From a virus: 64,000 nucleotides of DNA. The DNA is taken from positions 64,001-128,000 of IMG/VR virus record IMGVR_UViG_3300024999_000038. One strand, 5' to 3'. Shown in pieces: positions 37,720 through 49,428 of the stretch; positions within the stretch are counted from its first letter, which is position 1; every line of letters begins with the position of its first letter. Both the position numbers and the translations under genes were made by a program. Below the pieces are notes generated by a model. It saw only the letters and a program-made list of their open reading frames with translations, was not told the DNA's origin and did no database searches.

Positions 37720-38601
37720 ATGATCAGACATGTCGGATTCGCCTGTATGAGTAAAAAGTGTAACACTAAATATCAAACATTCCGATTAGCATCATTCAGT
37801 GAATACAGGTCGCGTCAAGCAATTGCTCACAATCTAAAAGAAACTGAGCGTACAATTCAACATTGTATTTCAGAAGGAATTAAATTATTCAGAATAAGTT
37901 CTGATTTAGTTCCATTTGCTACACATGAAATCATGAAAGATATTGATTATATTTCTTGGATTGAATCTGATTTAAAAAGGATTGGTGATATAGCAAGAAA
38001 TAATAATATGCTATTATCTATGCATCCATCTCAAATGTGTTGTATAAACAGTCCAAAACAAGAAGTTGTAAATAATTCTATCAAAGATTTAATGTATCAT
38101 TATGATATTCTTAATACTATGGGCCTTACTGATTTTAATATTATCATTCATGTTGGTGGAGTTTATGGTAATAAATTAGAAGCAAAGAAGAGATTTGTTA
38201 GTGTATTTAATAGTTTGCCTGTTGATTTAAGAAATCATATCTTGCTTGAGAATGATGACAAAAGTTATACTGTTAATGATATAATGGAAATACACAAAGA
38301 AACTGGAGTTAGACTAGTGCTAGATTTTCACCACAATGTTTGTAATAATGATGGGACAGAATTAGATTTAGAAGCTGTATTTGCCACTTGTGGGGTTGGT
38401 AAAGTACCTAAGATACATCTTAGTTCACCTAAGAGTATTAAAGAGTTCAGAAGTCATTCTGACATGATTGATTATGAATATTGTAGAGAGTTCTTTGAGA
38501 AGTATAAGGGATTAGAATTTGATGTTATGATTGAGGCTAAGGATAAGGATTTAGCTGTAGAGAAGTTTATTGAGGATTATAGGAGGGAGATGAGATTATG
38601 A
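37720..38601 (+). CDS. uvsE: UV damage endonuclease (UvsE/UVDE)
   Basis: GFAC, FRISSDLVPFATH, SMHPSQ, IHVGG.YG.K, LENDD, DFHH, KIHLSSP, HSD, DVMIEAKDKD motifs. Confidence 0.95.
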   Translation: MIRHVGFACMSKKCNTKYQTFRLASFSEYRSRQAIAHNLKETERTIQHCISEGIKLFRISSDLVPFATHEIMKDIDYISWIESDLKRIGDIARNNNMLLSMHPSQMCCINSPKQEVVNNSIKDLMYHYDILNTMGLTDFNIIIHVGGVYGNKLEAKKRFVSVFNSLPVDLRNHILLENDDKSYTVNDIMEIHKETGVRLVLDFHHNVCNNDGTELDLEAVFATCGVGKVPKIHLSSPKSIKEFRSHSDMIDYEYCREFFEKYKGLEFDVMIEAKDKDLAVEKFIEDYRREMRL

Positions 38602-39365
38602 TTATTAGTTTTGATAAAATAGTAGAAAGATTTATATCTGCACAAGGAATAAGAGCAGTTGTATTAAAAACTGAATTTATTAATGAAAGTGAATGCGAAA
38701 TATCTTTACGTGGAGGATTTTCAACAAATGTAAAAGTAATTGAAGACAAATTGTATAAAGATGATATGTTATATTGCAGAGTTGAAGATTTGTTTTTATT
38801 CGGTTAAACAGTCCCAGAAAAGTGTGGTTTTAAGCTAAGTGAGAAAGGAGTAATTTTATGCAAAAGGAAATGGATTATTCTGTTTGGGTAACTTTAGATA
38901 ATAAGCGTTTAAAGATATCTGAAATGACCACAGATCATATTAAGAACTGTATTAAAATGATTAAACGTAGTAAATTTTTAGATGTTATGGAGCGTTATGA
39001 TACAGTTCCAGAACCACCTCCAAGATATGTAGTTGACTATGATAAATATAAACCATATTTAAAAACTTTTAAGAATGAATTAGAAATACGTTGAAAGTGT
39101 AAATATAATTGTTTAGGAGGGTTTTTATGGATATAAATGTATTTAATATCAAATGTACTAAATGCAATCAAGGAGTATTCATAGGTAAAGCATTCGAAGA
39201 AAAATGTGATCATTGCGGAGAAAACATTTCGGATGAACTCATCGTTGCTTGTTTGGAAAATGTAAGCGAAGAATTAAAGAAATAGTGTTTACCATGAACA
39301 TCTAGTTTTATCTTGAGAGTTTTAAAATAGCTGTTGTCTTGGATATAATTTATTTCTAAAGAGGA

Positions 39366-39560
39366 GTGGCAAAAATGGAATTGAAATGTGGAGATGTTGT
39401 TCAATTAAAAAGTGGTGGGCCAGTAATGACTGTTGTAGAAGTAGCTAAATTTAGAAGTTATAGTGATGGTGAACAAGCAAAATGCACATGGTTCGATAAA
39501 ACTGGGATTAAGAAATTTGATGATTTATTTGAACTGGAGACACTTGAAATTGTAGGTTAA
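39366..39560 (+). CDS. YodC/DUF2158 family protein
   Basis: GDVVQLKSGGPVMTV...CTWF...F..ETL. Confidence 0.85.
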   Translation: MAKMELKCGDVVQLKSGGPVMTVVEVAKFRSYSDGEQAKCTWFDKTGIKKFDDLFELETLEIVG

Positions 39561-39644
39561 TTAGTTGTAGGAAATGAATTCTAAGGCAACAGTTATTTTA
39601 AAACTCTTAAATTTTTAATTAGAGAAGAAAGAGGGAAATTTATT

Positions 39645-40160
39645 ATGAAATCAACAGGTATTATTAGGAGAATAGATGACTTAGGAAGGGTAGTAATTCT
39701 TAAAGAAATTAGACGAACTTTAAGGATTCATGAAGGAGATCCAATGGAATTATGTGTGCATGAAGGTGGAGTATTTTTAAAGAAGTATTCTGCATTAGGT
39801 GAAATGATAGATTATGCTCAAAACTTTGCTGATACATTATTTGAACAAACTGGCCATATTGCTTTAATTTGTGATAGCGATGTTGTAATTGCTGTATCTG
39901 GAACGTCAAAAAGAGATTTTTTAAATAAACCAATTTGGAATTTAGCATCTAAAGCAATGGAAGAAAGATTAACATTAACTGGCCTTAAAGATGGAATACA
40001 AGAAGAATTTGAATATGAAAATCAAATTGTTACACCAGTAATTTGTGAAGGTGATGTAGTAGGAGCAATAGGGTTAGTAGCGAAAGAAGAAGTTGGAATT
40101 GTAGAACAAAAACTAGTTCAATCTGTTGCAAGATTTTTAGCGAAACAAATGGGACAATAA
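39645..40160 (+). CDS. spoVT: SpoVT-like regulator (AbrB N-terminal domain + GAF domain)
   Basis: MKSTGIIRRIDDLGRVVI.KEIRRTLRI.EGDP...LKKYS...GDVVGAI...FLAKQM. Confidence 0.9.
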   Translation: MKSTGIIRRIDDLGRVVILKEIRRTLRIHEGDPMELCVHEGGVFLKKYSALGEMIDYAQNFADTLFEQTGHIALICDSDVVIAVSGTSKRDFLNKPIWNLASKAMEERLTLTGLKDGIQEEFEYENQIVTPVICEGDVVGAIGLVAKEEVGIVEQKLVQSVARFLAKQMGQ

Positions 40161-42309
40161 AGGAGTAGTAAATATGAAATGTGAATTCGGATTATGTGCA
40201 TTTGAAAGCACTGGATCTTGTTTAGTTGTAGAATCATGTAAACAATGTGATTATGGTAAACTTGTTTTTAAAAGTTTACCATTACAAGTTGTTAAAACTG
40301 ATAAATCAAGTCAAGTTTGTCAAGTTTGCAATGTAAATGTTAACAGTAATTATTGCTCTAATTGTGGGCAAAAGTTAAAATACTAAACACTCAAAACGAG
40401 GATTTTAAGCTATTAAAGGAGGGATAATTAAATGAAAATTATTACTAAGAGCAACTACGACGATGAAAGGCTTAGTGAATATGTTGTCGCCGAAGGACTC
40501 AATCAGTATTATGGTAAACTAATTTATGACTTTTTACTTAATAGTACAGATAAACGTGATAGTAGTATCTTTGAATTGGTTGAAGATAATTATATATTGT
40601 ATGAATTCGAACCGTGAAAAGGAGAGGCATTATGAATAAAAACCAAAAGATATTATTAAAGGCACTAGAAACAATAACTAATTCGGTGTTATTTTTAGAA
40701 GATGCTCAAAATATTATTGAGAAAATAACTAAAGAAGAAGTTTCAGAGGTAATTGCTAAATTTTCAAACAAGATTATACCTTTTGACGAAGATAGTCTTT
40801 ATCAAGATTCTTATAATTTTCAAGGGTATGCAGATAGTATAATTGGTGGCGTAGTGAATAAGATTGGTGAAAATTAATATACTTTAAATCTAAGAATCTA
40901 TCGGGTTAGGAGTTGAAATATGTTTATTATAGAAGGTAAGTCTGGCAAATCTAGAATATTAGAAACAGCAGTTAATGAATTACCAGAAGGTAATTGTATT
41001 GTTATAGATTCTGTGGGTGTTCCTATAGACTGGAATAGGACTATTTTTGCTTTCGATTTTAGAAGTATGTCTCACGATTCTATTATTAATTGGTTAAAAG
41101 TGTCTTTGGGAAAATATATAAATGAGGAAGAAACACTAGTATTGGAAGTAAATTGTCCAAAAGATAAATTAAATGATTATTTAGAACTGGAGAATATTTT
41201 AGGTTTCCAAAGATATATGATTACTGTACAAAATAATGAAATTGATGATATTTTACAATATAATGTAATTTTGTAATCCAAGGAAACTTTGATTTTAATT
41301 GAGAAAGGAAGATAAGCTAATGAGTAAGATCAAAATTATGACCGATAATGTTGAAAGTTTTCAAAAATGTTCAGAGATTATAAAAGTATTCAAAGAGAGT
41401 TTCAAAAGTTCAATTAAGTATATTGAGGATAATGGGTTATATATTAGAATTCATGTCGATGTGAATAATCTTTCAGATCAACTTTGTCTACCTGAAAATT
41501 ATAAGCATAGCACTTCGATTAAAATTGAATCAGAAAGCAAAATGAGTGTATCATTAAATGGTCATTTGTTGATTGAGGAAAAAGATTATCATATTGTAAT
41601 TGAAGCAACGGCATATAAGAATTTGGAAATATGTTAGCGTATAAAGAGGAGAATCTATAATGCCAAGAAAATACGATGTAAATAATATCAATCTACAAAT
41701 AGACAATATAGATTTTTGGTCTGCTCATACTGGTAATAAGGGTGGAATGAGAATCTATTGGAGTGCTGATATTGGATATGGTCAACTTGATATTGTTAAA
41801 CGTAGTGGTAATGATGGTGAGGGTAGAGATATTCTAGAAGGAGCATTAGAAGAGGAATTAGTATTAATTGTAGATACTGAACGAATGGATCATGAAGATG
41901 ATAAAGAATTTACGAGTAAGATTATGAGTTTGTTGGTTGAGATGTTGAAAGTTACTGGGTAAATGATTGTTTATTGTTAATTTTAGTTCATTATTTGCAT
42001 TAAATCTTAATAATTACATCTAATTAAACAATATATTATTTAAAAATAAATATTTAAAGGAGATTGTAATATGTATTATGTTTACACAATTTGTATGAAA
42101 AATGGAAAAGAATACAAAACCGAAGTCAAACAAAATCTTAATGAATTAATAAATCAACTTATGCCACAATCTTTAAATGAAATTAAAATATTTAATTGTA
42201 ATTTATTTAATGGAGAAGGCAGAAGCGTAGCAATAATCGGGAGTGAAGTATCAAGCATTGAATATCTTGTTACAAAAGAATCTGTTCTTGCAAGTATGTA
42301 AATAATTAT

Positions 42310-42338
42310 TTGTTTTACTATACATTACATGCTATAAT
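42310..42338 (+). promoter_or_regulatory. SigA-type promoter
   Basis: TTGTTT-17-TATAAT with extended TG. Confidence 0.5.
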
Positions 42339-42670
42339 GAATACAGAAATAAATATTTAGGAGTGATGATACATAAATGACATCAGGTGATGGAATAAGA
42401 AGTTGTATACATAGGCATTCATTATCTACAAGTTTTAAGATTATTCCTGAAGGTGAAAGAAAAATTAATTATGCTCCAAATATAAAATATGAGTGTCCTG
42501 TCTGCGGTGGACATAATGTAAATAAATTACCAAGTAATTTTCTATATTGTTTAGACTGTGGCTGTGAAATTGATCAGAGTGGGAAGGCATATACGATTCA
42601 ATGGGATGGTACTTTGACTGATTATTATGTTAATGAATTTGAGAATTGTGGATAAGGAGAGATTACATAA

Positions 42671-43354
42671 ATGATTTTTATCACTGGTGATCGTCATGGA
42701 TCAAAAGGAATGTCAAGATTAAATTCAGATAATTTTCCAATCAACAAAGAATTAACAAAAGATGATTATGTAATTGTTACAGGTGATTTTGGTGTAGTTT
42801 GGAATGGTGATAAAGAAGACAAATATTGGTTAAATTGGTTACATGAAAAGAACTTTACAATTTTGTTTTGCGATGGAAATCATGATGGTCATGATATATT
42901 AGATAATCTTCCAGTTTCAGAATGGAATGGCGGTAAAGTACATTTTGTCAATGATAGTGTAATTCATTTAATGAGGGGTCAGGTCTTCAATATCAATGGC
43001 AAAAAGATATTTACTTTTGGTGGAGCTGATTCAATTGATAAAGCAGATCGTAAAAGAGGAATTGATTGGTGGGAACGTGAGATGCCATCTACTTCCGAAT
43101 ATGAGGATGGTTTAGACAATTTAGACAAGTGTGATTGGAAAGTTGATATTATTGTTTCGCACGACTGTTCAACAAGAATTTTTGAAAAATTAATGGCTGG
43201 ATTATACGTAAAGAGTTTAACTTCAATTAACAAGTATTTTGAGGTCTTAGAAGAGAGATTAGATTATAAGCAATGGTATTTTGGACATTATCATGAAGAC
43301 AAATGGATTGATGATAAACATAGGTTAATTTATAATGATATTATAATGTTATAA
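42671..43354 (+). CDS. Calcineurin-like metallophosphoesterase (second family)
   Basis: TGDRHG, GDFG, DGNHD, SHDC, WYFGHYH motifs. Confidence 0.9.
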   Translation: MIFITGDRHGSKGMSRLNSDNFPINKELTKDDYVIVTGDFGVVWNGDKEDKYWLNWLHEKNFTILFCDGNHDGHDILDNLPVSEWNGGKVHFVNDSVIHLMRGQVFNINGKKIFTFGGADSIDKADRKRGIDWWEREMPSTSEYEDGLDNLDKCDWKVDIIVSHDCSTRIFEKLMAGLYVKSLTSINKYFEVLEERLDYKQWYFGHYHEDKWIDDKHRLIYNDIIML

Positions 43355-43689
43355 GAAAGATGAGGGAGGAATTTTAATGTATTTTATTACTGGAATTGAG
43401 AAACTAGATAAAGATTATGGTATTAAAGGAAGTAGATGTTTCGGTTACAAGAAAACATTTGAAGAAGCAGATTTGGCGGTAAAAGAAAATCATTGTGACA
43501 TCAATGAAACAATTTATGATTATGCTGTGATTGAGTTGATTGAAGATGGAATACATCAGATTTGTTGGAATGATAAGAGATGGTTTTATAAGTTTGATTA
43601 TGATAAGGGTATTTATGAGGCGATTGATGAGCCGGAAGAGGTTAAGGGATTGTGTAATTTTAGTATTGGGTAGAATGTAAAAATAAAAC

Positions 43690-43718
43690 TTGACTTAAAT
43701 TGATAAATAATATATACT
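43690..43718 (+). promoter_or_regulatory. SigA-type promoter
   Basis: TTGACT-17-TATACT. Confidence 0.6.
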
Positions 43719-43865
43719 GAACACAAGGTAAATCAAAAAATACATAAGTTAAATATTAAAGGATGTGAAAATAAATGTGGGTAAGAGGTCATACATAACT
43801 AAGCAAATTTATTTCAATTACTAATCACATTGAATCATAAAATAAATATATTGGAGGAATTAAAA

Positions 43866-45974
43866 ATGGATTTTAAAGAATTTAAAGCACTGCAACAAAA
43901 ACACGTTTCCGAAATGTTAAAAAATGCTACTCACTTATTTGAGGTTGGTTTAAACAAAGATGCTTTATATGACCTGTATTTATCGAGTTTCCCACCAGGA
44001 ACGAATGAAATGTTTAGAAATAGAAGAGAATTTGATTGTGGTTGTTGTAGACAATTCATTAAAAATATTGGAAATGCAGTTATTACCAAAGACAACAAAA
44101 TTACAACTATTTGGGACTTTGAAACAAATGATTCAACATTTCAACCAGTAATTAATGCTCTATCAAAATACATTAAATCTCAAGTTGTTTCAGATATTTA
44201 TGTCACTAAGTTTAAAAAGATTGGAACTGATAAGAATTTTGAAAAAGGTGTAAACGGAGGAATAACTGAATGGCAACACTTTTTTCTTGAACTGCCTAGT
44301 AAATTTGTTGATACAAGTGGAAAATCAGAAGGAGATATCAAAGGTGGTTATAGGGATACAAGAAATGTATTCAAAAGATCATTAGATGAAATTACTGAAG
44401 AAAGTTTACTTACTGTATTAGAGCTTATTTCTCAGAACAGTTTATATAAAGGAGAAGAATGGAAAGCAGTATTAAATGAGTTTCTTAAATATAAGAAAGC
44501 ATATGATAAACTCAAAACTAATAAAGCAAAAGAAATTTATGCTTGGGAGCAATCTGTAAAAGTTGGTGGTTCTATCGGAAGAATTAAAAACCATTCAATT
44601 GGAACATTGCTTATCAATATCAGCGAAGGAATGGATTTAGATTTGGCAGTTAAGAAATATGAAGCGATTGTGGCTCCGTTGAACTATAAGCGTCCAAAGG
44701 CTATATTCACCAAGAAAATGCTAGAAGATGCTAAGAAAACAATTCAAGAATTAGGATATATGGATTCATTAAATCGTAGATTTGCTACACTTGATGATAT
44801 TACTGTGAACAATATCTTATTCTCAAATAAAGATTCTGCCAAAAGAATAAATGGTTTAGATATTTTTGATGAAATGACTAGCAATATTCCTGTTAATCCT
44901 AAAAAATTCTCTAAGGTTGAAGAAGTTTCTATTGATAATTTTATCAAGGATATTTTACCTACAGCAAAAGAATTAGAGGTATTTCTAGAGAATAAACATG
45001 CGAGCAATATGGTATCTTTAATCGCTCCTGAGAATAAGGATTCAAAAACAATGTTTAAGTGGGATAATTGTTTCAGTTGGGCATACTCAGGAAATATCAC
45101 AGATTCAGACTTGACAGAAAGAGTAAAAGCTGCAGGAGGAAGAGTTGATGGTGTTTTAAGATTTTCTCACAGTTGGAATTACGATGGTATGAGAAATGGT
45201 TCATTAATGGATTTACACGTATTTATGCCAGGATCAAGTCAATCAGTAACTATGAAAAGTGGTAAAGAAATACATGATAATTATGGCAATGATAAAAGAG
45301 TCGGTTGGAATCATAGAAATAATTATGAGTCTGGAGGTGTTCAAGATGTAGATTATGTAAATATTGCTCCAGTTGGATATATTCCAGTAGAAAATATTAC
45401 TTTTCCATTAATAGATAGACTAAAGGAAGGAATCTATATATTTAAAATTCATAATTGGAGTTTAAGACAACCTACAACGGGTGGATTTAAAGCGGAAATA
45501 GCATTTGGTGGACAAGTGTATAAATTTGAAAGAAAAGAACCACTGGGGCATAAAGAATGGATTACTTTAGCAAAATTAGAACTTAAAAATGGAGAATTTA
45601 AAATATTGGAAATGATGGAAAATGACACAGTACCAATCGAAGTTTGGGGAATTAAAACCCATCAATTTATTCCGGTTTCAGTTGTTTGTAATTCTCCTAA
45701 TTATTGGAATGAGCAACAAGGCATTGGACACAAACATTATATGTTCATGTTAAAGAATTGTATCAATTCAGAATTGCCAAATGGATTCTTCAATGAGTTC
45801 TTAAAACAAGATTTAGTTCAACATAAAAAAGTATTTGAGGCATTAGGTGCAAAAATGGCGGTTAAAGATGTTAATGACCAACTTAGTGGAGTTGCATTCA
45901 GTTCAACCAAGAGAAACGAATTGTTAGTTAAAGTTAAAGGGCAAACAGAAAGAGTAGTCAAAATTAAATTCTAA
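43866..45974 (+). CDS. Large hypothetical phage protein (~702 aa)
   Basis: ATG 43866 after GGAGG; CGCCR motif; C-terminal RFSHSWN..MDLH segment reminiscent of DUF2135/YfaP-like domains. Confidence 0.7.
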   Translation: MDFKEFKALQQKHVSEMLKNATHLFEVGLNKDALYDLYLSSFPPGTNEMFRNRREFDCGCCRQFIKNIGNAVITKDNKITTIWDFETNDSTFQPVINALSKYIKSQVVSDIYVTKFKKIGTDKNFEKGVNGGITEWQHFFLELPSKFVDTSGKSEGDIKGGYRDTRNVFKRSLDEITEESLLTVLELISQNSLYKGEEWKAVLNEFLKYKKAYDKLKTNKAKEIYAWEQSVKVGGSIGRIKNHSIGTLLINISEGMDLDLAVKKYEAIVAPLNYKRPKAIFTKKMLEDAKKTIQELGYMDSLNRRFATLDDITVNNILFSNKDSAKRINGLDIFDEMTSNIPVNPKKFSKVEEVSIDNFIKDILPTAKELEVFLENKHASNMVSLIAPENKDSKTMFKWDNCFSWAYSGNITDSDLTERVKAAGGRVDGVLRFSHSWNYDGMRNGSLMDLHVFMPGSSQSVTMKSGKEIHDNYGNDKRVGWNHRNNYESGGVQDVDYVNIAPVGYIPVENITFPLIDRLKEGIYIFKIHNWSLRQPTTGGFKAEIAFGGQVYKFERKEPLGHKEWITLAKLELKNGEFKILEMMENDTVPIEVWGIKTHQFIPVSVVCNSPNYWNEQQGIGHKHYMFMLKNCINSELPNGFFNEFLKQDLVQHKKVFEALGAKMAVKDVNDQLSGVAFSSTKRNELLVKVKGQTERVVKIKF

Positions 45975-46012
45975 AAATAAAATATTAAAATTAAGAAGGA
46001 GCGTGTATTATT

Positions 46013-46411
46013 ATGACAAATGCAAATACTGTAAACATTTTTGAGGTTGCCAATAGAAATATGTATCGCTTCCCATTTAAGGGAACGAGCAATGTTGAAG
46101 ATATGTGGCAAATTAGTGTAAAAGAATTGGATTCTGTTTTCAAGGTTCTTAATTCTCAATTGAAACAAGTGCAAGAGGAAAGTCTTCTAGATGTAAGAAC
46201 TCAACAAGATCAAGAATTAGATATTAAAATCGCTATCATCAAACATATTGTAAAAGTTAAGCAAGAAGAGGCAGAAAAACAATTGCAAGCAAAAAGTGTA
46301 AAAGAGCAAAAGCAAAAACTTATGGAAATTTACGCATCTAAAAAAGATGAAGATTTGCTGAAAAAGTCACCAGAAGAAATTAAAGCAATGATTGATGCGT
46401 TGGATAGTTAG
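46013..46411 (+). CDS. Coiled-coil partner protein of 43866-45974
   Basis: IFEVA.R..YRFPFKG...VEDMW; co-transcribed and followed by a terminator. Confidence 0.65.
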   Translation: MTNANTVNIFEVANRNMYRFPFKGTSNVEDMWQISVKELDSVFKVLNSQLKQVQEESLLDVRTQQDQELDIKIAIIKHIVKVKQEEAEKQLQAKSVKEQKQKLMEIYASKKDEDLLKKSPEEIKAMIDALDS

Positions 46412-46430
46412 GGTTAGATTAGTTAAAATC

Positions 46431-46464
46431 AAATAAGTAGGGAGTTAATTCTCTCTACTTATTT
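46431..46464 (+). terminator. Rho-independent terminator
   Basis: AAATAAGTAGGGAG-ttaatt-CTCTCTACTTATTT. Confidence 0.65.
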
Positions 46465-46526
46465 GAAAAAATTAAAATACATAAAAAATTCATTAATTTG
46501 GTTTAAATAATATATAAAAAAGGAGT

Positions 46527-47564
46527 ATGGGAAGATTGCCGGGTAAAAGAAAATTTCTAACAGGTCAAGTATTTGGACATTTAAAAGTTTTAAAAGAAGT
46601 CCATTCTGAAAAATATGGAAAAGCATGGTTAGTTGAGTGTGATTGCGTTAATAAAACTCAACAAGAGGTAGATACTACGAGATTAACTAGTGGTATAAAA
46701 CAACATTGTGGTTGTCTAAAAGTATATAAAAAGCGAAGCGAAATTAAATTGCCTTCAGAATATATAAATAAAACTAAAATATGTAATCAATGTGGAATAG
46801 AAAAAGTATATGGGGATTTTTATTCAACGGAATATATAAATTCAGAGAATATACAAATATATAAATTTGATTCAAGATGTACAGAATGTGTTAAGGAAAA
46901 TTCTAAGAATAGAATATTAAATAATCGTGAAGATCATTTAAAAGCATTGAAAATAAACAATGCCAGAGAAGAAACTAAAGAAAAAGTTAGAATATGTGGT
47001 AAAAGATATAGAAGTGGTGAAAAATATGTGGCATGGAAAGATAAGAACGCATATAGATTTAAGATTTATAGTGACAAGCACAGAGTTCACGACATTACAG
47101 AGGAAGAGTGGAGAGGATGTTTAATTGCATTTAATAACACCTGTGCATACTGTGGACTGCCAATTGAAGAACATATTATAAAACGAAATGGCAAATACAT
47201 AATTATGAAATTTCACAAAGAACATGTAGACGATAAGGGTTATAATGATTTAAGGAACGGAGTACCATCTTGTAGATCGTGTAATAGTAGCAAACACACT
47301 TCTAGTTTAGAAGAATGGTATTTTAAACAAAAATTCTTTTCTATGGATAGATATATCAAAATACTGTGGTGGACGAACGAAGAATATAAAGATTATATTG
47401 AAGAAAAACCACCATATAGAATTGTTAAGAAAAAGAACGATGACAATAATAAATTTCATCATGAACTTTGGTCGGTTGACGAAATGAGAAATTTTATTGA
47501 AATTATAACCACAGGAATAAAGAAAGAAGATATTAACATTTATATTGCTAATAATAATTTGTAG
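46527..47564 (+). CDS. Free-standing HNH endonuclease, paralog of 18629-19543
   Basis: LTGQVFGHLKVL...CDC...CGC N-domain; CAYCG...HKEH...PSCRSCNSSK. Confidence 0.8.
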   Translation: MGRLPGKRKFLTGQVFGHLKVLKEVHSEKYGKAWLVECDCVNKTQQEVDTTRLTSGIKQHCGCLKVYKKRSEIKLPSEYINKTKICNQCGIEKVYGDFYSTEYINSENIQIYKFDSRCTECVKENSKNRILNNREDHLKALKINNAREETKEKVRICGKRYRSGEKYVAWKDKNAYRFKIYSDKHRVHDITEEEWRGCLIAFNNTCAYCGLPIEEHIIKRNGKYIIMKFHKEHVDDKGYNDLRNGVPSCRSCNSSKHTSSLEEWYFKQKFFSMDRYIKILWWTNEEYKDYIEEKPPYRIVKKKNDDNNKFHHELWSVDEMRNFIEIITTGIKKEDINIYIANNNL

Positions 47565-49428
47565 TACCGTGAATATCAAATTTCGTGGGATTGTAAGAAA
47601 GGAGTAAAATATGAAAGTAATTAAACATGAAAGTTATATTTACCCTAAAGTTGATATGAGTATAAGTTTTATTTGTCCGAGGTGTCTTACCTCAGTTGTG
47701 ATCCATATAGAAAAAGAAGGACTATACGGCAATGAGTTATGTGATTGTAATCAAAGATATCAGATTAGTAAACCAGGACTAATTGATTTTTTCAATCATG
47801 AACAACTATAGGAAGGGGGTTTAGATTAATGGAAGAATTAGATATTTTTAGCGTTAGCTTAAAGAAAATTGAAGGAACTGTACATGATTTTGAACAAATA
47901 CTAAGAATTAATCCTATGTTTAGTAGTTTACCTGAAAATAAAGTCAAAGAAATAGAGAATATTGTTAATAGTGCTGTTGAAAGTATTCAAATGATTTTGA
48001 GAGATTAAATACTAGCAAAGAGTTATTTCGAATGTTTTGAAGAAAGTAGGAAATTAAATGCTTAAAGGCCAAAATGGAACAACTATCTTGCAAGTAGAAA
48101 ATGGAGTAGTAAGATTATGCCATGATATGGTTACTTGTAGTTATACTATTGGAATTAGAACTGATAAAGACTTCCAATGGAAAGATATAAGTAAAGAATT
48201 ATATGAATTAATGGTTAAAGAATTATCAAATAAAGAAGGAAATAGGTGGTAAAATAATATGAAAGAAAGGAGGATCAATTCTCATGAAAGATATTTTTAA
48301 TTTTGAACTAGATGAAAATAATAAAAAGAAATTTCCTAGTTGTGATTTTGTATTCAAAGCAGAAAAGGAAAATGATGGAAAGTATAAAGTAACTTGGATT
48401 GAAGATGGAGAATTAGAACAATCGTATATAGGAGAGAAGAGAATGAAGCAAGGATTAGAAGAAGGGTATTGGGTTGTAAAGGATGATTAGAGATGTCAAT
48501 TCAAAGAATACATTTAAAGGATAAAGGATGGAATTATTAATGAATAAATATAATGAATTAGAGAACCTAATGTATGCAATCGGAAGACAATTATATCATA
48601 AAGATAGAATATTGTATGACTTATTCGATAGTAGATTTAATCATACATATGTCTCATTTGGATATTGCTCCTCTGAAGAAGATAAAATTCAACAATTAGG
48701 AATTATTAATAATCTTATGGAAGAGTTTTCTTTAATTGACTTAATAAAAATGGCGATGTCTCATTCAGATTACTATAGATTATATCAATTAAATTGGTGG
48801 ATTGGTAATTACACTGAAAAGATAAAGGATTATAAATTGGATTGTGAACCAATAGTAAAATTAATAGATATTAAAGATGCATTTGATAAAAGAATTAATA
48901 AACTAGAAGACGAGAATTTAAACAGTTGGAGAAAATCAGATGATGATATATTGCATTCTCATTATCATTGGTGGATAAATAATTTAATGAATAATGAAAA
49001 TTATGCTATATGGGCCTTACGATACAATGATACAAGAACTTTTGATACTTTTCATCTGAGTAATTGTGGTGAAAAAATATTCCCTAAAATTATATTGCAG
49101 TACATTTTGGATAATCATATAATTCCAGACCAAATTAATAAAAATGCAGAAATAGAGATAATGAGTCCATTTAATAATTATGGTACAAATGGTTACAAAA
49201 TAAAAACATCTTCTAATATGGGCGGAATGTGGTATATGATTTATTTGACAGCTAAAGAATTTCAAGAAATATATAAGAGCGTAGGGAGTAAGAAAATAAG
49301 TGATATGAATGTAAGACCATTTTTCAGTTATGTAAATAGTTTGAACGAAGGTGATGAGTTAAACGAAAAATTCTATTTGTATTTTAAAAAATGAACTAAA
49401 AATGAAGACTTGGTAGAAAATGATAAAT

